From positions 197,680 through 221,679 of the forward strand of contig CAZYLT010000004.1 of assembly GCA_964648855.1 (NCBI GenBank): a stretch of DNA of 24,000 nucleotides. The letters run 5' to 3'. Under the pieces are notes generated by a model, which did no database searches, had not been told where the DNA came from, and worked only from the letters and a program-made list of their open reading frames with translations. Source of the stretch: an uncultured archaeon. GTDB lineage: Archaea > Asgardarchaeota > Thorarchaeia > Thorarchaeales > Thorarchaeaceae. Shown one piece after another: positions 16,337-24,000 of this stretch (position 1 is the stretch's first letter; each line of letters begins with the position of its first letter). Made by a program: the position numbers and the translations under genes.

Positions 16337-17062
16337 ATGTCTATTCAGGCATCCGTCAGAGAAAGGCTCGCTCGTCGTATCGCAGGTGAAATTGCCATTT
16401 CAGACCATCCTGGTCAAACAATGCGAATGTGGAGAGAGCGGTTTCGACTTCCTCAAATAGAACTGGCTGATTACATAGGAATCAGTCCAAGTGTAATCAG
16501 TGACTACGAGTCGGGTAGACGGAAATCTCCTGGAACAGCAACAATCCGTCGGTTTGTCATGGCGTTACTTGCTCTCGATGAAAAACATGGTGGACAAGTA
16601 ATATCCGCTTTTGTGAGATTGATGGATGTCAGTCTTGTGGATCTAAATATTGTGTTGGCAATGAGTGATTTCACGGAGAGTATGACTGCGAAGGAATTCT
16701 GTGATCGGCTCAAATGCAATATTGAAGCAGGGAAAGAGCACCTTGACAAAGAGATTTTTGGTTATACTCTGGTGGACGTTGAACGAGCTGTAAAAGAACT
16801 GGATAGTGAAGCTTTCCTCAAATTGTTCGGAGCGACAACTGAACGCTGCTTGATTTTTACTAGAGTCAATACTGGACGGGCTCCAATGATTGCAATAAAA
16901 TCACAGGAATTCAAGCCTACGCTGGTAATTCTGCATGGGGTAGAAAAGGTTGATCAGCTTGCACTAGACCTATCTGAACAAATGAGCATTCCACTTGCCG
17001 TCAGTAAAATCAATTCAATTGATGGGCTCACCCGGGAGCTGCATTCGATAAAACCAGATTAG
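16337..17062 (+). CDS. XRE/Cro-C1-type helix-turn-helix transcriptional regulator with an uncharacterised C-terminal domain
   Basis: 241 aa. The HTH_3-like segment is RERFRLPQIELADYIGISPSVISDYESGRRKSP near the N-terminus. The remaining roughly 160 aa were not recognised. Confidence 0.7.
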   Translation: MSIQASVRERLARRIAGEIAISDHPGQTMRMWRERFRLPQIELADYIGISPSVISDYESGRRKSPGTATIRRFVMALLALDEKHGGQVISAFVRLMDVSLVDLNIVLAMSDFTESMTAKEFCDRLKCNIEAGKEHLDKEIFGYTLVDVERAVKELDSEAFLKLFGATTERCLIFTRVNTGRAPMIAIKSQEFKPTLVILHGVEKVDQLALDLSEQMSIPLAVSKINSIDGLTRELHSIKPD

Positions 17063-17973
17063 CTCAGCATCATGCTGAGAATAGCCATTCTGGTGACGAC
17101 ACCGCTATACACTTGTTCGAAGTACTTAGCTTGAGGTGTTGAATCTACTTCTGGACTAAGCTCATCAACTCTTGGTAATGGATGAAGAATAATAGCGTCC
17201 TTAGGCATAAGTGATACATCTTCCATCCCAATCCTAAACTTCCCTTTTATAGCCTCATATTCTCTAATATCTGGAAAACGTTCTTTCTGAATGCGTGTCA
17301 TATATACAACATCTGCATCCTTTATTGCAGCTTCAATTGAATCCACCTCTTCTACCTCAATGCCCTTTTCCATCATTTCTTCAATTATGGCTGGTTTCAT
17401 CCTGAGGGAATCTGGTGCAGCTAGTTTGATGGCAACATCATAGTTTGACAATCCCATTCCCAGCGAGTGAACAGTCCTTCCGTATCTAAGGTCGCCACAA
17501 AGCGAAATACGTAGACTGTCAATACCACCTTTGAATTTAGCAATCGAATAGAGGTCGAGCAACGCTTGTGTTGGATGCTCTTCCGATCCGCTTCCTGCAT
17601 TTATGACTGGAATACTTGAGAATTCCGAGGCAACCCGCGCAGATCCATCTAGGGGATGACGAATCACTATTACATCTGCGTATTTTTCAACAGTTCTGAT
17701 TGTGTCAGCTAAGGTCTCTCCCTTGCCGCCTGCACTTGATGAAACGACATCGGCGAAGCCCAGTACTCCTCCCCCGAGTCTAATCATGGCGCTTTCGAAG
17801 GACAATCGGGTTCTTGTAGATGCCTCGAAAAACAGGCATGCCATTATTTTTCCCTTTAGTTCATCGCTTCTTTTTCTTGCGACGGCTTCCATCTCTGATG
17901 CTTTTCCAATTATCCGGTCAATGCCATCTCGGTCTAGGTCCTGTATGCTAATCAGGTTATTGAGCCATTTCAT
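17059..17973 (-). CDS. pyrB: Aspartate carbamoyltransferase catalytic subunit
   Basis: 304 aa with the FFEASTRTRLSFESA (STRTR) carbamoyl-phosphate motif, HPTQALLD and HPLPRVDE. Confidence 0.96.
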   Translation of the reverse strand: MKWLNNLISIQDLDRDGIDRIIGKASEMEAVARKRSDELKGKIMACLFFEASTRTRLSFESAMIRLGGGVLGFADVVSSSAGGKGETLADTIRTVEKYADVIVIRHPLDGSARVASEFSSIPVINAGSGSEEHPTQALLDLYSIAKFKGGIDSLRISLCGDLRYGRTVHSLGMGLSNYDVAIKLAAPDSLRMKPAIIEEMMEKGIEVEEVDSIEAAIKDADVVYMTRIQKERFPDIREYEAIKGKFRIGMEDVSLMPKDAIILHPLPRVDELSPEVDSTPQAKYFEQVYSGVVTRMAILSMMLS

Positions 17974-18051
17974 CTCTTTTTTTCTCCCACTGACTACGAG
18001 GGTTGGAATCGTTAGTTCCTCATTAACCTTTCCGGCAAACTTGTCGACAGG

Positions 18052-18546
18052 TTACTCGGTGTCTGATTGACTGATTCCATGCTTTCGCTCCATGTCTATT
18101 TCTCGAATCTTCAGATTGGATTGCTGTACGAGCTCAATTGCCAACTCATCGGGATAGCCTTCGATGTAAATGACCTCTTTGATACCTGCGTTGATTATCA
18201 TTTTTGTACAAATACTGCAGGGGAGTGTAGTGCAGTACACCTTTGCTCCCTTCACGCTCACGCCATGATATGCTGCTTGGATAATTGCATTTTGTTCTGC
18301 GTGCAATCCTCTACAAAGCTCATGCCTTTCTCCTGATTTTATTCCCGACCGTTCTCTCAAACATCCACCAAGTTCTTCACAGTGAGGTAACCCCTTCGGA
18401 GCCCCATTGTAACCGGTGGACAGGATTTGCCCATCCTTTACTATAACTGCTCCAACATGGTTTCGCAGACATGTGCTCCTTGTACTAACTAGGTCTGCAA
18501 TCTCAGCGAAGTATACATCCTTGCTTTTTCTGGTCATCTCAAACAC
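18052..18546 (-). CDS. dCMP (deoxycytidylate) deaminase, ComEB-type zinc deaminase
   Basis: 164 aa with the zinc-binding motifs HAEQNAI and PCSICTKMI, plus TGYNGAP typical of dCMP deaminases. Confidence 0.9.
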   Translation of the reverse strand: MFEMTRKSKDVYFAEIADLVSTRSTCLRNHVGAVIVKDGQILSTGYNGAPKGLPHCEELGGCLRERSGIKSGERHELCRGLHAEQNAIIQAAYHGVSVKGAKVYCTTLPCSICTKMIINAGIKEVIYIEGYPDELAIELVQQSNLKIREIDMERKHGISQSDTE

Positions 18547-18673
18547 ATCTCTGTGAAGTAGCGAGCCGTCCTAGAATTCCCTGTCTTATGAAGTTCGCCC
18601 TACATGGCCGTGATACAGAGGAAAGATAAAAAGTAGACATAATCTGAACGTAGTAACATGAATCACGAATGAT

Positions 18674-19045
18674 ATGGAAGTTGCTTGCACCATGAGACAG
18701 AAGAACGGAAAAGTCATTATTTGGCCAGAATATCTGGATTCGGAACTGTCTAGGTCGGAAGGAAGACGAATTCCAAAGAACCTCGGAGCACCTGATGTCA
18801 ACCTGAAAATTCTGAAGGAAGGTGCAGCTCTTGCTAATCTTGAAGCCCAAGTAGAAGCTGGGAAAAGACATCCACGCAGTCATGAAAACCGCGGTGGATA
18901 CTTGATTGTGGATAATCCGGATGGCCACAAAAAAGGACGGCTCCTCCTAATGCTAGCAAAAGGAGTTCGTCGCGCGGTGGCAGAACGAATCAGAGCAAAG
19001 AAAGAAGCCGCGAAGGGCAAAGGTAGGCGCAGACGTAGAAGATAA
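18674..19045 (+). CDS. srp19: Signal recognition particle protein SRP19
   Basis: The IIWPEYLDSELSRSEGRRIPK block is the SRP19 signature, and the C-terminus is Arg-rich. The ATG at 18692 (MRQKNGKVIIWP...) may be the true start. Confidence 0.9.
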   Translation: MEVACTMRQKNGKVIIWPEYLDSELSRSEGRRIPKNLGAPDVNLKILKEGAALANLEAQVEAGKRHPRSHENRGGYLIVDNPDGHKKGRLLLMLAKGVRRAVAERIRAKKEAAKGKGRRRRRR

Positions 19046-19056
19046 ATCTGGCAGAA

Positions 19057-19317
19057 GTGATTTCCATGCGACGGTTAGGAAAAGTTCTACATATTAGCAA
19101 GCGCGGATCGATCATCGTTCGAACGAACCAAACACCTCCTATGAAAGCGAACGTTGTGAATAAGAAGTCAGAGAATGTTGGCATTGTCAAAGACGTCTTT
19201 GGGCCCGTCAACGAACCATATGTTACGGTGCAGCCGAGAAAAAACATACAAAATCCAGAGGGGCTCATTGGTCAGATGCTCTATCTCTATACAAAGAAAC
19301 GTTATCGCAGAAATTAG
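19057..19317 (+). CDS. gar1: H/ACA ribonucleoprotein complex subunit Gar1
   Basis: RRLGKVLHISKRGSIIVRT ... VGIVKDVFGPVNEPYVTV matches the archaeal Gar1 pattern. The track start is GTG 19057. The ATG at 19066 (MRRLGKV...) is more likely. Confidence 0.85.
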   Translation: MISMRRLGKVLHISKRGSIIVRTNQTPPMKANVVNKKSENVGIVKDVFGPVNEPYVTVQPRKNIQNPEGLIGQMLYLYTKKRYRRN

Positions 19318-19434
19318 CTGTTTTCACGGGTTTAATGTTCATTTATGTACATCCTTGTTACCTCTTTAACATAATTTAAACAGCACCTTCCGTAAGTATT
19401 AATTTGGTCCATGTCATTCTGTAGCTGTTGACAT

Positions 19435-19809
19435 GTGTCTATTTCAAAGGTCATGAAAATGGAAGACATAGTCGACGAAATGATTCACGCTTTCCGTGTT
19501 GTAGGTCGTCGAGGTCTTACCGTCGAACAATTGACCAAACAATTGGATTCCGACACAAACGAAATCGCATCAACAATCAAACAATTGATAACGGAGAAAC
19601 GTATTATGGAAAAAGCTGAATCGAAGGAGGCTCGATACTTCCTGAGAACACTCATGGATAACGAACAAGGCCAGACCGGCATTGGCGACCTCGATGGATG
19701 TCCGTGCTTCCACTGCCTTAAGATTGGCAAATGTGGAATACGACAACCAGACTCACCAGTAGCCTGTCGCGAATTAGATCAGTGGATGGAGAGCTCTGAC
19801 TCTAATTAG
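19435..19809 (+). CDS. Winged-helix protein with a C-terminal Cys cluster, RPC34/TFE-beta-like
   Basis: 124 aa. The N-terminal segment looks like a wH domain (RRGLTVEQLTKQLDSDTNEIASTIKQLITEKRI). The C-terminal CPCFHCLKIGKCGIRQPDSPVACRELDQWM resembles the Fe-S/cysteine motif (CxxC...C...SP..C.....W) as I remember it from RPC34/hRPC39 and archaeal TFE-beta. The start is uncertain: GTG 19435, or ATG 19453 or 19459. Confidence 0.5.
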   Translation: MSISKVMKMEDIVDEMIHAFRVVGRRGLTVEQLTKQLDSDTNEIASTIKQLITEKRIMEKAESKEARYFLRTLMDNEQGQTGIGDLDGCPCFHCLKIGKCGIRQPDSPVACRELDQWMESSDSN

Positions 19810-19829
19810 TAAGTAGTCTATATGATGGT

Positions 19830-20417
19830 CTAAGCTGTTTTTGGACCAACAGCGAGAAGATAAATCTCGGCACTTGTTTTCCTAGAGGCATCGGGTTTGA
19901 CAAGCTTAACTGAATTATATGATTTCTTAGTTGCTGTCATAAATTCCCTGAAACCACGTCCCTGAAAGACCTTGGTTAAGACCTTTCCATTCTTTCCTAA
20001 GAGCCTATGTCCTATTTCGAGAGTAATTCCAGCCAAGTCAAGTTGCCTTGCCACATCAATATCCCAGTGACCGGAAACGTTTGGAGAACAATCTGACAAG
20101 ATGAGGTCTGCCGACCCTCTAGTGAGTTGTTCAATCTTCTCAAGTGTTTCTTCCTCAGTTATGTTTCCTTTGACAAATCTTACACCTGGTAGGGGCCTCA
20201 TTGGATTAATATCCACAGCTACTATCTCCAAAGAATGATTTTTTTCACGCAAAACCTGCGTCCACCCTCCTGGACTGCTGCAGAGTTCCACGACCACATT
20301 AACCCCCTCTAACAGCCTATACTTCTTAATTATCTGCTTGAGTTTAAATGCTGATCTTGCCCGGTATCCTTGCTTCTTAGCCTGTCTGTAGTAATGATCC
20401 TTTTTTGGCCTAGGCAT
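19830..20417 (-). CDS. rlmE: 23S rRNA 2'-O-ribose (U2552) methyltransferase RlmE/FtsJ
   Basis: 195 aa with DHYYRQAKKQGYRARSAFKL at the N-terminus, the SAM motif ELCSSPGGWTQV, and LILSDCSPNVSG. Confidence 0.9.
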   Translation of the reverse strand: MPRPKKDHYYRQAKKQGYRARSAFKLKQIIKKYRLLEGVNVVVELCSSPGGWTQVLREKNHSLEIVAVDINPMRPLPGVRFVKGNITEEETLEKIEQLTRGSADLILSDCSPNVSGHWDIDVARQLDLAGITLEIGHRLLGKNGKVLTKVFQGRGFREFMTATKKSYNSVKLVKPDASRKTSAEIYLLAVGPKTA

Positions 20418-20421
20418 CTTC

Positions 20422-21624
20422 TCATCTCTCTTCTACAATGTTTTTTACAACGTTCACTGTTTCCTTCACTGTTGCATTGGTTCTAATAGCTGTGGGTTTG
20501 AAATGCGACCTGACACACTGGTACCCTTTGTCTTTAAGATTCATAATCACATTTTCTTGCTTAGGTGGAGGCCATGAATAGATATCACACATTTGATGTA
20601 TATCTAAATAGAATCCCTGTATCGGCGCTTCTTGTGCGATGAGATTCAGCATCAATTTGGATTTTCTACTCATTGAATCCTCATGGTTCTCCAGTGTTTC
20701 TGTTGTTCGTGCGACAAAATCTGGGTTCTGGATTGGACCAATCCACATTGGCCCTGCGACGTCCACTTTCTCTGGACAACTGGCTCTAATATGCTGGAAC
20801 TCTGAAGACTGCTTTAATGTCAAAACGGGTATTATGTCCCAGGCCATGCAGTGACTACAATACCTTACAAACCCGATTCTTTCTGCAGCCTGATTCCCCT
20901 TGCTTTTGCTAGCCTTTGTTTCTACCCATACTCGAATATAGTGGTCGGTACTGAGAGATAGTAACGGCGATATCGAGAAATCATTCATTCCCGCCACAGA
21001 AAACGTCCCACCAATTACTAGTCTAAGAGCCAATTCATGAACAAATGGTGACCTAATAGACAGACCACCGTATTTCCTTAGCGCTACTTTGGGGTAAACT
21101 CCACAAAGCGCTGGCATATCGGTCGCAGTAACGCCAATGAGGCCTCTGCGGGGGTTAATCGCTTGAATGGCTGCATTGAGGAACGGATTGGGACTGCCAA
21201 AAGGGTCAATATCTACAAAATCGAAACGCTTGCCTCTGCTCTCCGTGAGAAGCAGAACTCGTGCATCCCCTAAAATCACTTGAGCCCTTTCATCAAATCC
21301 ATTTGACTCTAGATTCTTTCGCGCAATCTCTACAGCCTCGGAACTCGTATCAAACATTACGGAGCGAAAGCCGCCCCTTATTTCGTTCAAATACCGGAGG
21401 CTCCTAACCCCTGATCCCGTGAGTGGCTCACAAATCAAATCCACCTGATGTGTTTTGCAGTATGTGTCAAGAACTAAGACCGATAAATCCCTATTAGTTC
21501 TCATTCGCGGATTGTAAAACACTGGCATATCTGAAGTGGGTTGCCCCTTCTTCGAACTGTAGTGCTCCACATCTGCACTCAGGAAAGTGGTCTTTCCTTC
21601 TTGATATTCCTTCAGGACCGTCAT
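20422..21624 (-). CDS. trm1: tRNA (guanine26-N2)-dimethyltransferase Trm1
   Basis: 400 aa with VFYNPRMRTNRDLSV, DIDPFGSPNPFL and a CSHC Cys motif. It ends 4 nt upstream of the rlmE start, suggesting an operon. Confidence 0.92.
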   Translation of the reverse strand: MTVLKEYQEGKTTFLSADVEHYSSKKGQPTSDMPVFYNPRMRTNRDLSVLVLDTYCKTHQVDLICEPLTGSGVRSLRYLNEIRGGFRSVMFDTSSEAVEIARKNLESNGFDERAQVILGDARVLLLTESRGKRFDFVDIDPFGSPNPFLNAAIQAINPRRGLIGVTATDMPALCGVYPKVALRKYGGLSIRSPFVHELALRLVIGGTFSVAGMNDFSISPLLSLSTDHYIRVWVETKASKSKGNQAAERIGFVRYCSHCMAWDIIPVLTLKQSSEFQHIRASCPEKVDVAGPMWIGPIQNPDFVARTTETLENHEDSMSRKSKLMLNLIAQEAPIQGFYLDIHQMCDIYSWPPPKQENVIMNLKDKGYQCVRSHFKPTAIRTNATVKETVNVVKNIVEER

Positions 21625-21714
21625 AAAACAAGATGAACTCAGTATTCACTCTAATAAGGCAATAGGCTCCGCTAAAACCAACGTAGCATAACCTCTAAGT
21701 GGAAATGACTCTAT

Positions 21715-22233
21715 GTGCTGGATATGGTCGGGAACTTTAGTTCCTGCTTGGTGATGATCATGACGAAAGTAAAAATCAGAACAAAACATGGCGATATAGT
21801 TGCAGAACTATGGGATGATGAATCTCTAAACACTGTGAAGAATTTTGTTTCTCTTGCAAAAAGTGGATACTATGATGGTCTCACTTTTCATCGTGTTGTT
21901 GACAACTTCGTTGTACAAGGTGGCGACCCGAAAGGAACAGGGACTGGTGGGCCTGGCTATAAAGTACCATGTGAAACAGAAGGAGAGAAGCAAGTCCATG
22001 TTGATGGAGCATTTTCTATGGCACATGCAGGCCGTGATACCGGTGGCAGTCAGTTCTTTATTGTTCTAAATTCAGACAATTGCAGCCATCTTGATGGCAG
22101 ACACACTGTATTTGGCAAGACTATTGAAGGCATGGACGTAGTTAGGAAGATTAAACAGGGTGACAAGATGCTCGAAGTTGAGGTCTTGGAGGTCGGTCCC
22201 TCCATTGAAGAGCATAAACTGAAAAAATTATGA
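21715..22233 (+). CDS. Cyclophilin-type peptidyl-prolyl cis-trans isomerase
   Basis: FHRVVDNFVVQGGDPKGTGTGGPGY and SMAHAGRDTGGSQFFIV are cyclophilin motifs. The ATG at 21760 (MTKVKIRTKHGDIV), preceded by GGTGAT, is the probable start at 157 aa. Confidence 0.93.
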   Translation: MLDMVGNFSSCLVMIMTKVKIRTKHGDIVAELWDDESLNTVKNFVSLAKSGYYDGLTFHRVVDNFVVQGGDPKGTGTGGPGYKVPCETEGEKQVHVDGAFSMAHAGRDTGGSQFFIVLNSDNCSHLDGRHTVFGKTIEGMDVVRKIKQGDKMLEVEVLEVGPSIEEHKLKKL

Positions 22234-22297
22234 TTTACCAAACACTCTTTGAGTAGATAATAATTCTGCGGCTGTGCACAATAGTCCGCAGATAAGA

Positions 22298-22446
22298 GTA
22301 TCTAGGGGAGCTGTGTGAAAAGTCAATGAATTGTATCTGATTAGAAATATTGGTACTGTGTTATGTCCGAATCCTACACTCATTATTTCTTTTTGTGAGT
22401 GTACTAGTTCATAGTTACGGACTTTTCACACAGGGCTGTATCTAGG
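22298..22446. mobile_element. MITE-like non-autonomous element: 14-bp perfect terminal inverted repeats flanked by 9-bp direct repeats
   Basis: Left direct repeat GTATCTAGG is at 22298-22306. The left inverted repeat CTGTGTGAAAAGTC is at 22311-22324. The right inverted repeat GACTTTTCACACAG (exact reverse complement) is at 22420-22433. Right direct repeat GTATCTAGG is at 22438-22446. An internal 8-bp hairpin pairs TACACTCA (22375-22382) with TGAGTGTA (22396-22403). No ORF inside. Confidence 0.5.
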
Positions 22447-22497
22447 AAAAACGATATATAGAAGGCCATTCGGCATCGAGATAAAGAGGCCAAATAA

Positions 22498-24000
22498 ATG
22501 TCCGAAGTGATTTTCCTTTCAGTAAGTATAATTTCTGGTTTCCTTGCAATCTTCGTTTCTCTTTTCACTTTTCAAAAGGTGAAATCCTACGATGAGGGGG
22601 GCGAAAGAATGCAGGAGGTCAGTAGACTGATAGAGGAAGGTGCGTACTCCTTTATCAATATTCAATATAAGATTCTAGGAATCTTTACTGCATTTCTTGC
22701 TGTGGTATTAGCCTTTGTCTTTGGAAACCTTGGAATCCCGATTGCAATCTCATATATTCTAGGCTCTATTGCAAGTATGGCTGCAGGATACGTAGGCATT
22801 GTCATTGCGACAATTGCAAATAGACGTACTGCAGCTGCAGCAGAACGTGGCGGGCTTAACCCCGCATTCAATGTGGCGTTCAAAGCAGGTTCTGTGATGG
22901 GGCTTATGATTGCTGGTATTGCACTTGCGGGTCTAGGGCTCCTTTACGTTCTTTGGGACATCATATTTCCTGCCCTTACAACCGTACGGCTTTGGGAGAT
23001 TGTCACCGGTTTTTCATTTGGGGCTAGTACTGTTGCCCTCTTCGCAAAGGCAGGTGGCGGTATCTTCACCAAGACCGCAGACCTTGCAGCTGATATTGTT
23101 GGTAAGATAGAACACCATATTCCTGAAGACGATCCCCGAAATCCTGCTGCGGTTGCTGATGCAGTAGGTGACAATGTTGGTGACGTTGCAGGCACCGGCG
23201 CTGATATTTTCGATAGCAATGTCGCTGCTATTCTTGCAGCCGCGATTTTAGGTGCAGCTATTGATGCTGCGTTTGCTCCAGTTGCCCCATTTGGACTGCT
23301 TCCCTTGATGATAGCAGGTCTAGGTACACTTGCATCTGTTATCGGAGTGTTTCTTGTTCGGGTCGATGAAACCGCAGACAAAGATCCAGGCCCCATACTG
23401 AATCGTGGAACGTATATTACGACCATCTTGTTTGCCATTTTTACAGTTGCAGTAACATGGGCTATGGGTATTGACTTGCTCATTGCTGGTGCTGCGGTCT
23501 TGGGTCTGTTTACTGGCGTGATCATTGGATTCACATCAGATGTATTCACGAATGATAGAGGACTCGGCCCATTCAAACCAGTACCCAATATGGTCAAATC
23601 TGCAGAGAAGAGTGCTGCAAATCTAATCCTGTCGGGATACTCATATGGTCTTCTTAGCGCCGTTCCTTCAGTCATAATGATTGCAGTTGCTTTGGTTGGA
23701 GCTTTCCTACTTGGTTCTAGCGCAACTACCATTGGGTTGGGAACAACAGAGGGTGGAATTTATGCTGTTTCAATTGCTGCTGTTGGGTTGCTATCTACAA
23801 ATGGTATGATTATGAGCTCGGATGCCTATGGTCCTATTGTAGATAATGCACGAGGCGTGATTGAGCAATCCGATGCCGACGAACAAGCAATTGTTGATTG
23901 TGATAAACTAGATGCGAGTGGAAATACAGCAAAGGCAATCACAAAGGGTTTTGCTATTGGTGCATCAGCAATCTCAGTATTGGCCCTATTTTCGGCCTTT
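22498..24000 (+). CDS. hppA: Membrane-bound pyrophosphate-energised ion pump (M-PPase/HppA); partial, its 3' end runs off the window
   Basis: Absent from the ORF track because no stop is reached. My translation from the ATG at 22498 (MSEVIFLSVSIISGF...) is open for 501 codons. It contains GGGIFTKTADLAADIVGKIEHHIPEDDPRNPAAVADAVGDNVGDVAGTGADIFDS and DAYGPIVDNA, which are diagnostic M-PPase blocks. Confidence 0.95.
   Translation, partial: MSEVIFLSVSIISGFLAIFVSLFTFQKVKSYDEGGERMQEVSRLIEEGAYSFINIQYKILGIFTAFLAVVLAFVFGNLGIPIAISYILGSIASMAAGYVGIVIATIANRRTAAAAERGGLNPAFNVAFKAGSVMGLMIAGIALAGLGLLYVLWDIIFPALTTVRLWEIVTGFSFGASTVALFAKAGGGIFTKTADLAADIVGKIEHHIPEDDPRNPAAVADAVGDNVGDVAGTGADIFDSNVAAILAAAILGAAIDAAFAPVAPFGLLPLMIAGLGTLASVIGVFLVRVDETADKDPGPILNRGTYITTILFAIFTVAVTWAMGIDLLIAGAAVLGLFTGVIIGFTSDVFTNDRGLGPFKPVPNMVKSAEKSAANLILSGYSYGLLSAVPSVIMIAVALVGAFLLGSSATTIGLGTTEGGIYAVSIAAVGLLSTNGMIMSSDAYGPIVDNARGVIEQSDADEQAIVDCDKLDASGNTAKAITKGFAIGASAISVLALFSAF

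Noticed and set aside
22944-23732. A 262-aa minus-strand ORF, plus 22662-22883, antisense to the pyrophosphatase gene
   Set aside because: It lies entirely inside, and antisense to, a CDS with unmistakable M-PPase motifs. Its translation is low-complexity and Ala/Pro/Ser/Thr-rich, as expected from reading a membrane-protein gene backwards.

Overview
This window is an archaeal chromosomal segment, and almost all of it is housekeeping. It is densely coded on both strands.

Genes called, in order:
- A minus-strand cluster at the left edge: an edge-truncated membrane protein, a cupin and a 352-aa membrane protein.
- A ribosomal-protein block uL3-uL4-uL23-uL2 that ends abruptly after uL2.
- A 60-aa ribbon-helix-helix gene (CdrS-like) overlapping an ftsZ start by ATGA.
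- An LSm-domain protein.
- 2-oxoacid:ferredoxin oxidoreductase beta and gamma subunits.
- A diglycine-ended MoaD/ThiS/SAMP-like protein.
- An MFS-like transporter preceded by a truncated paralog of its own C-terminal half.
- Methenyl-H4MPT cyclohydrolase (Mch).
- tRNA-Thr(GGU).
- A DUF202-like membrane protein with a small charged partner.
- A GH31 alpha-glucosidase.
- tRNA-Pro(UGG).
- An XRE-type HTH regulator.
- PyrB and dCMP deaminase.
- SRP19, Gar1 and an RPC34/TFE-beta-like winged-helix plus Cys-cluster protein.
- RlmE/FtsJ and Trm1.
- A cyclophilin.
- The 5' 501 codons of a membrane pyrophosphatase.

I see no CRISPR array, defence island, toxin-antitoxin pair or other convincing new multi-gene system.

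The signals most worth a second look are non-coding or architectural:
- A structured non-coding locus at about 7.43-7.66 kb with a duplicated 25-nt hairpin module next to the LSm gene.
- A MITE-like element with 14-bp inverted ends and 9-bp flanking direct repeats at 22.30-22.45 kb.
- The half-transporter paralog.
- The r-protein cluster break followed by cdrS-ftsZ.
- The OFOR beta-gamma pair without alpha or delta subunits.

All functional calls come from motifs I recognised by eye. No database search was run.
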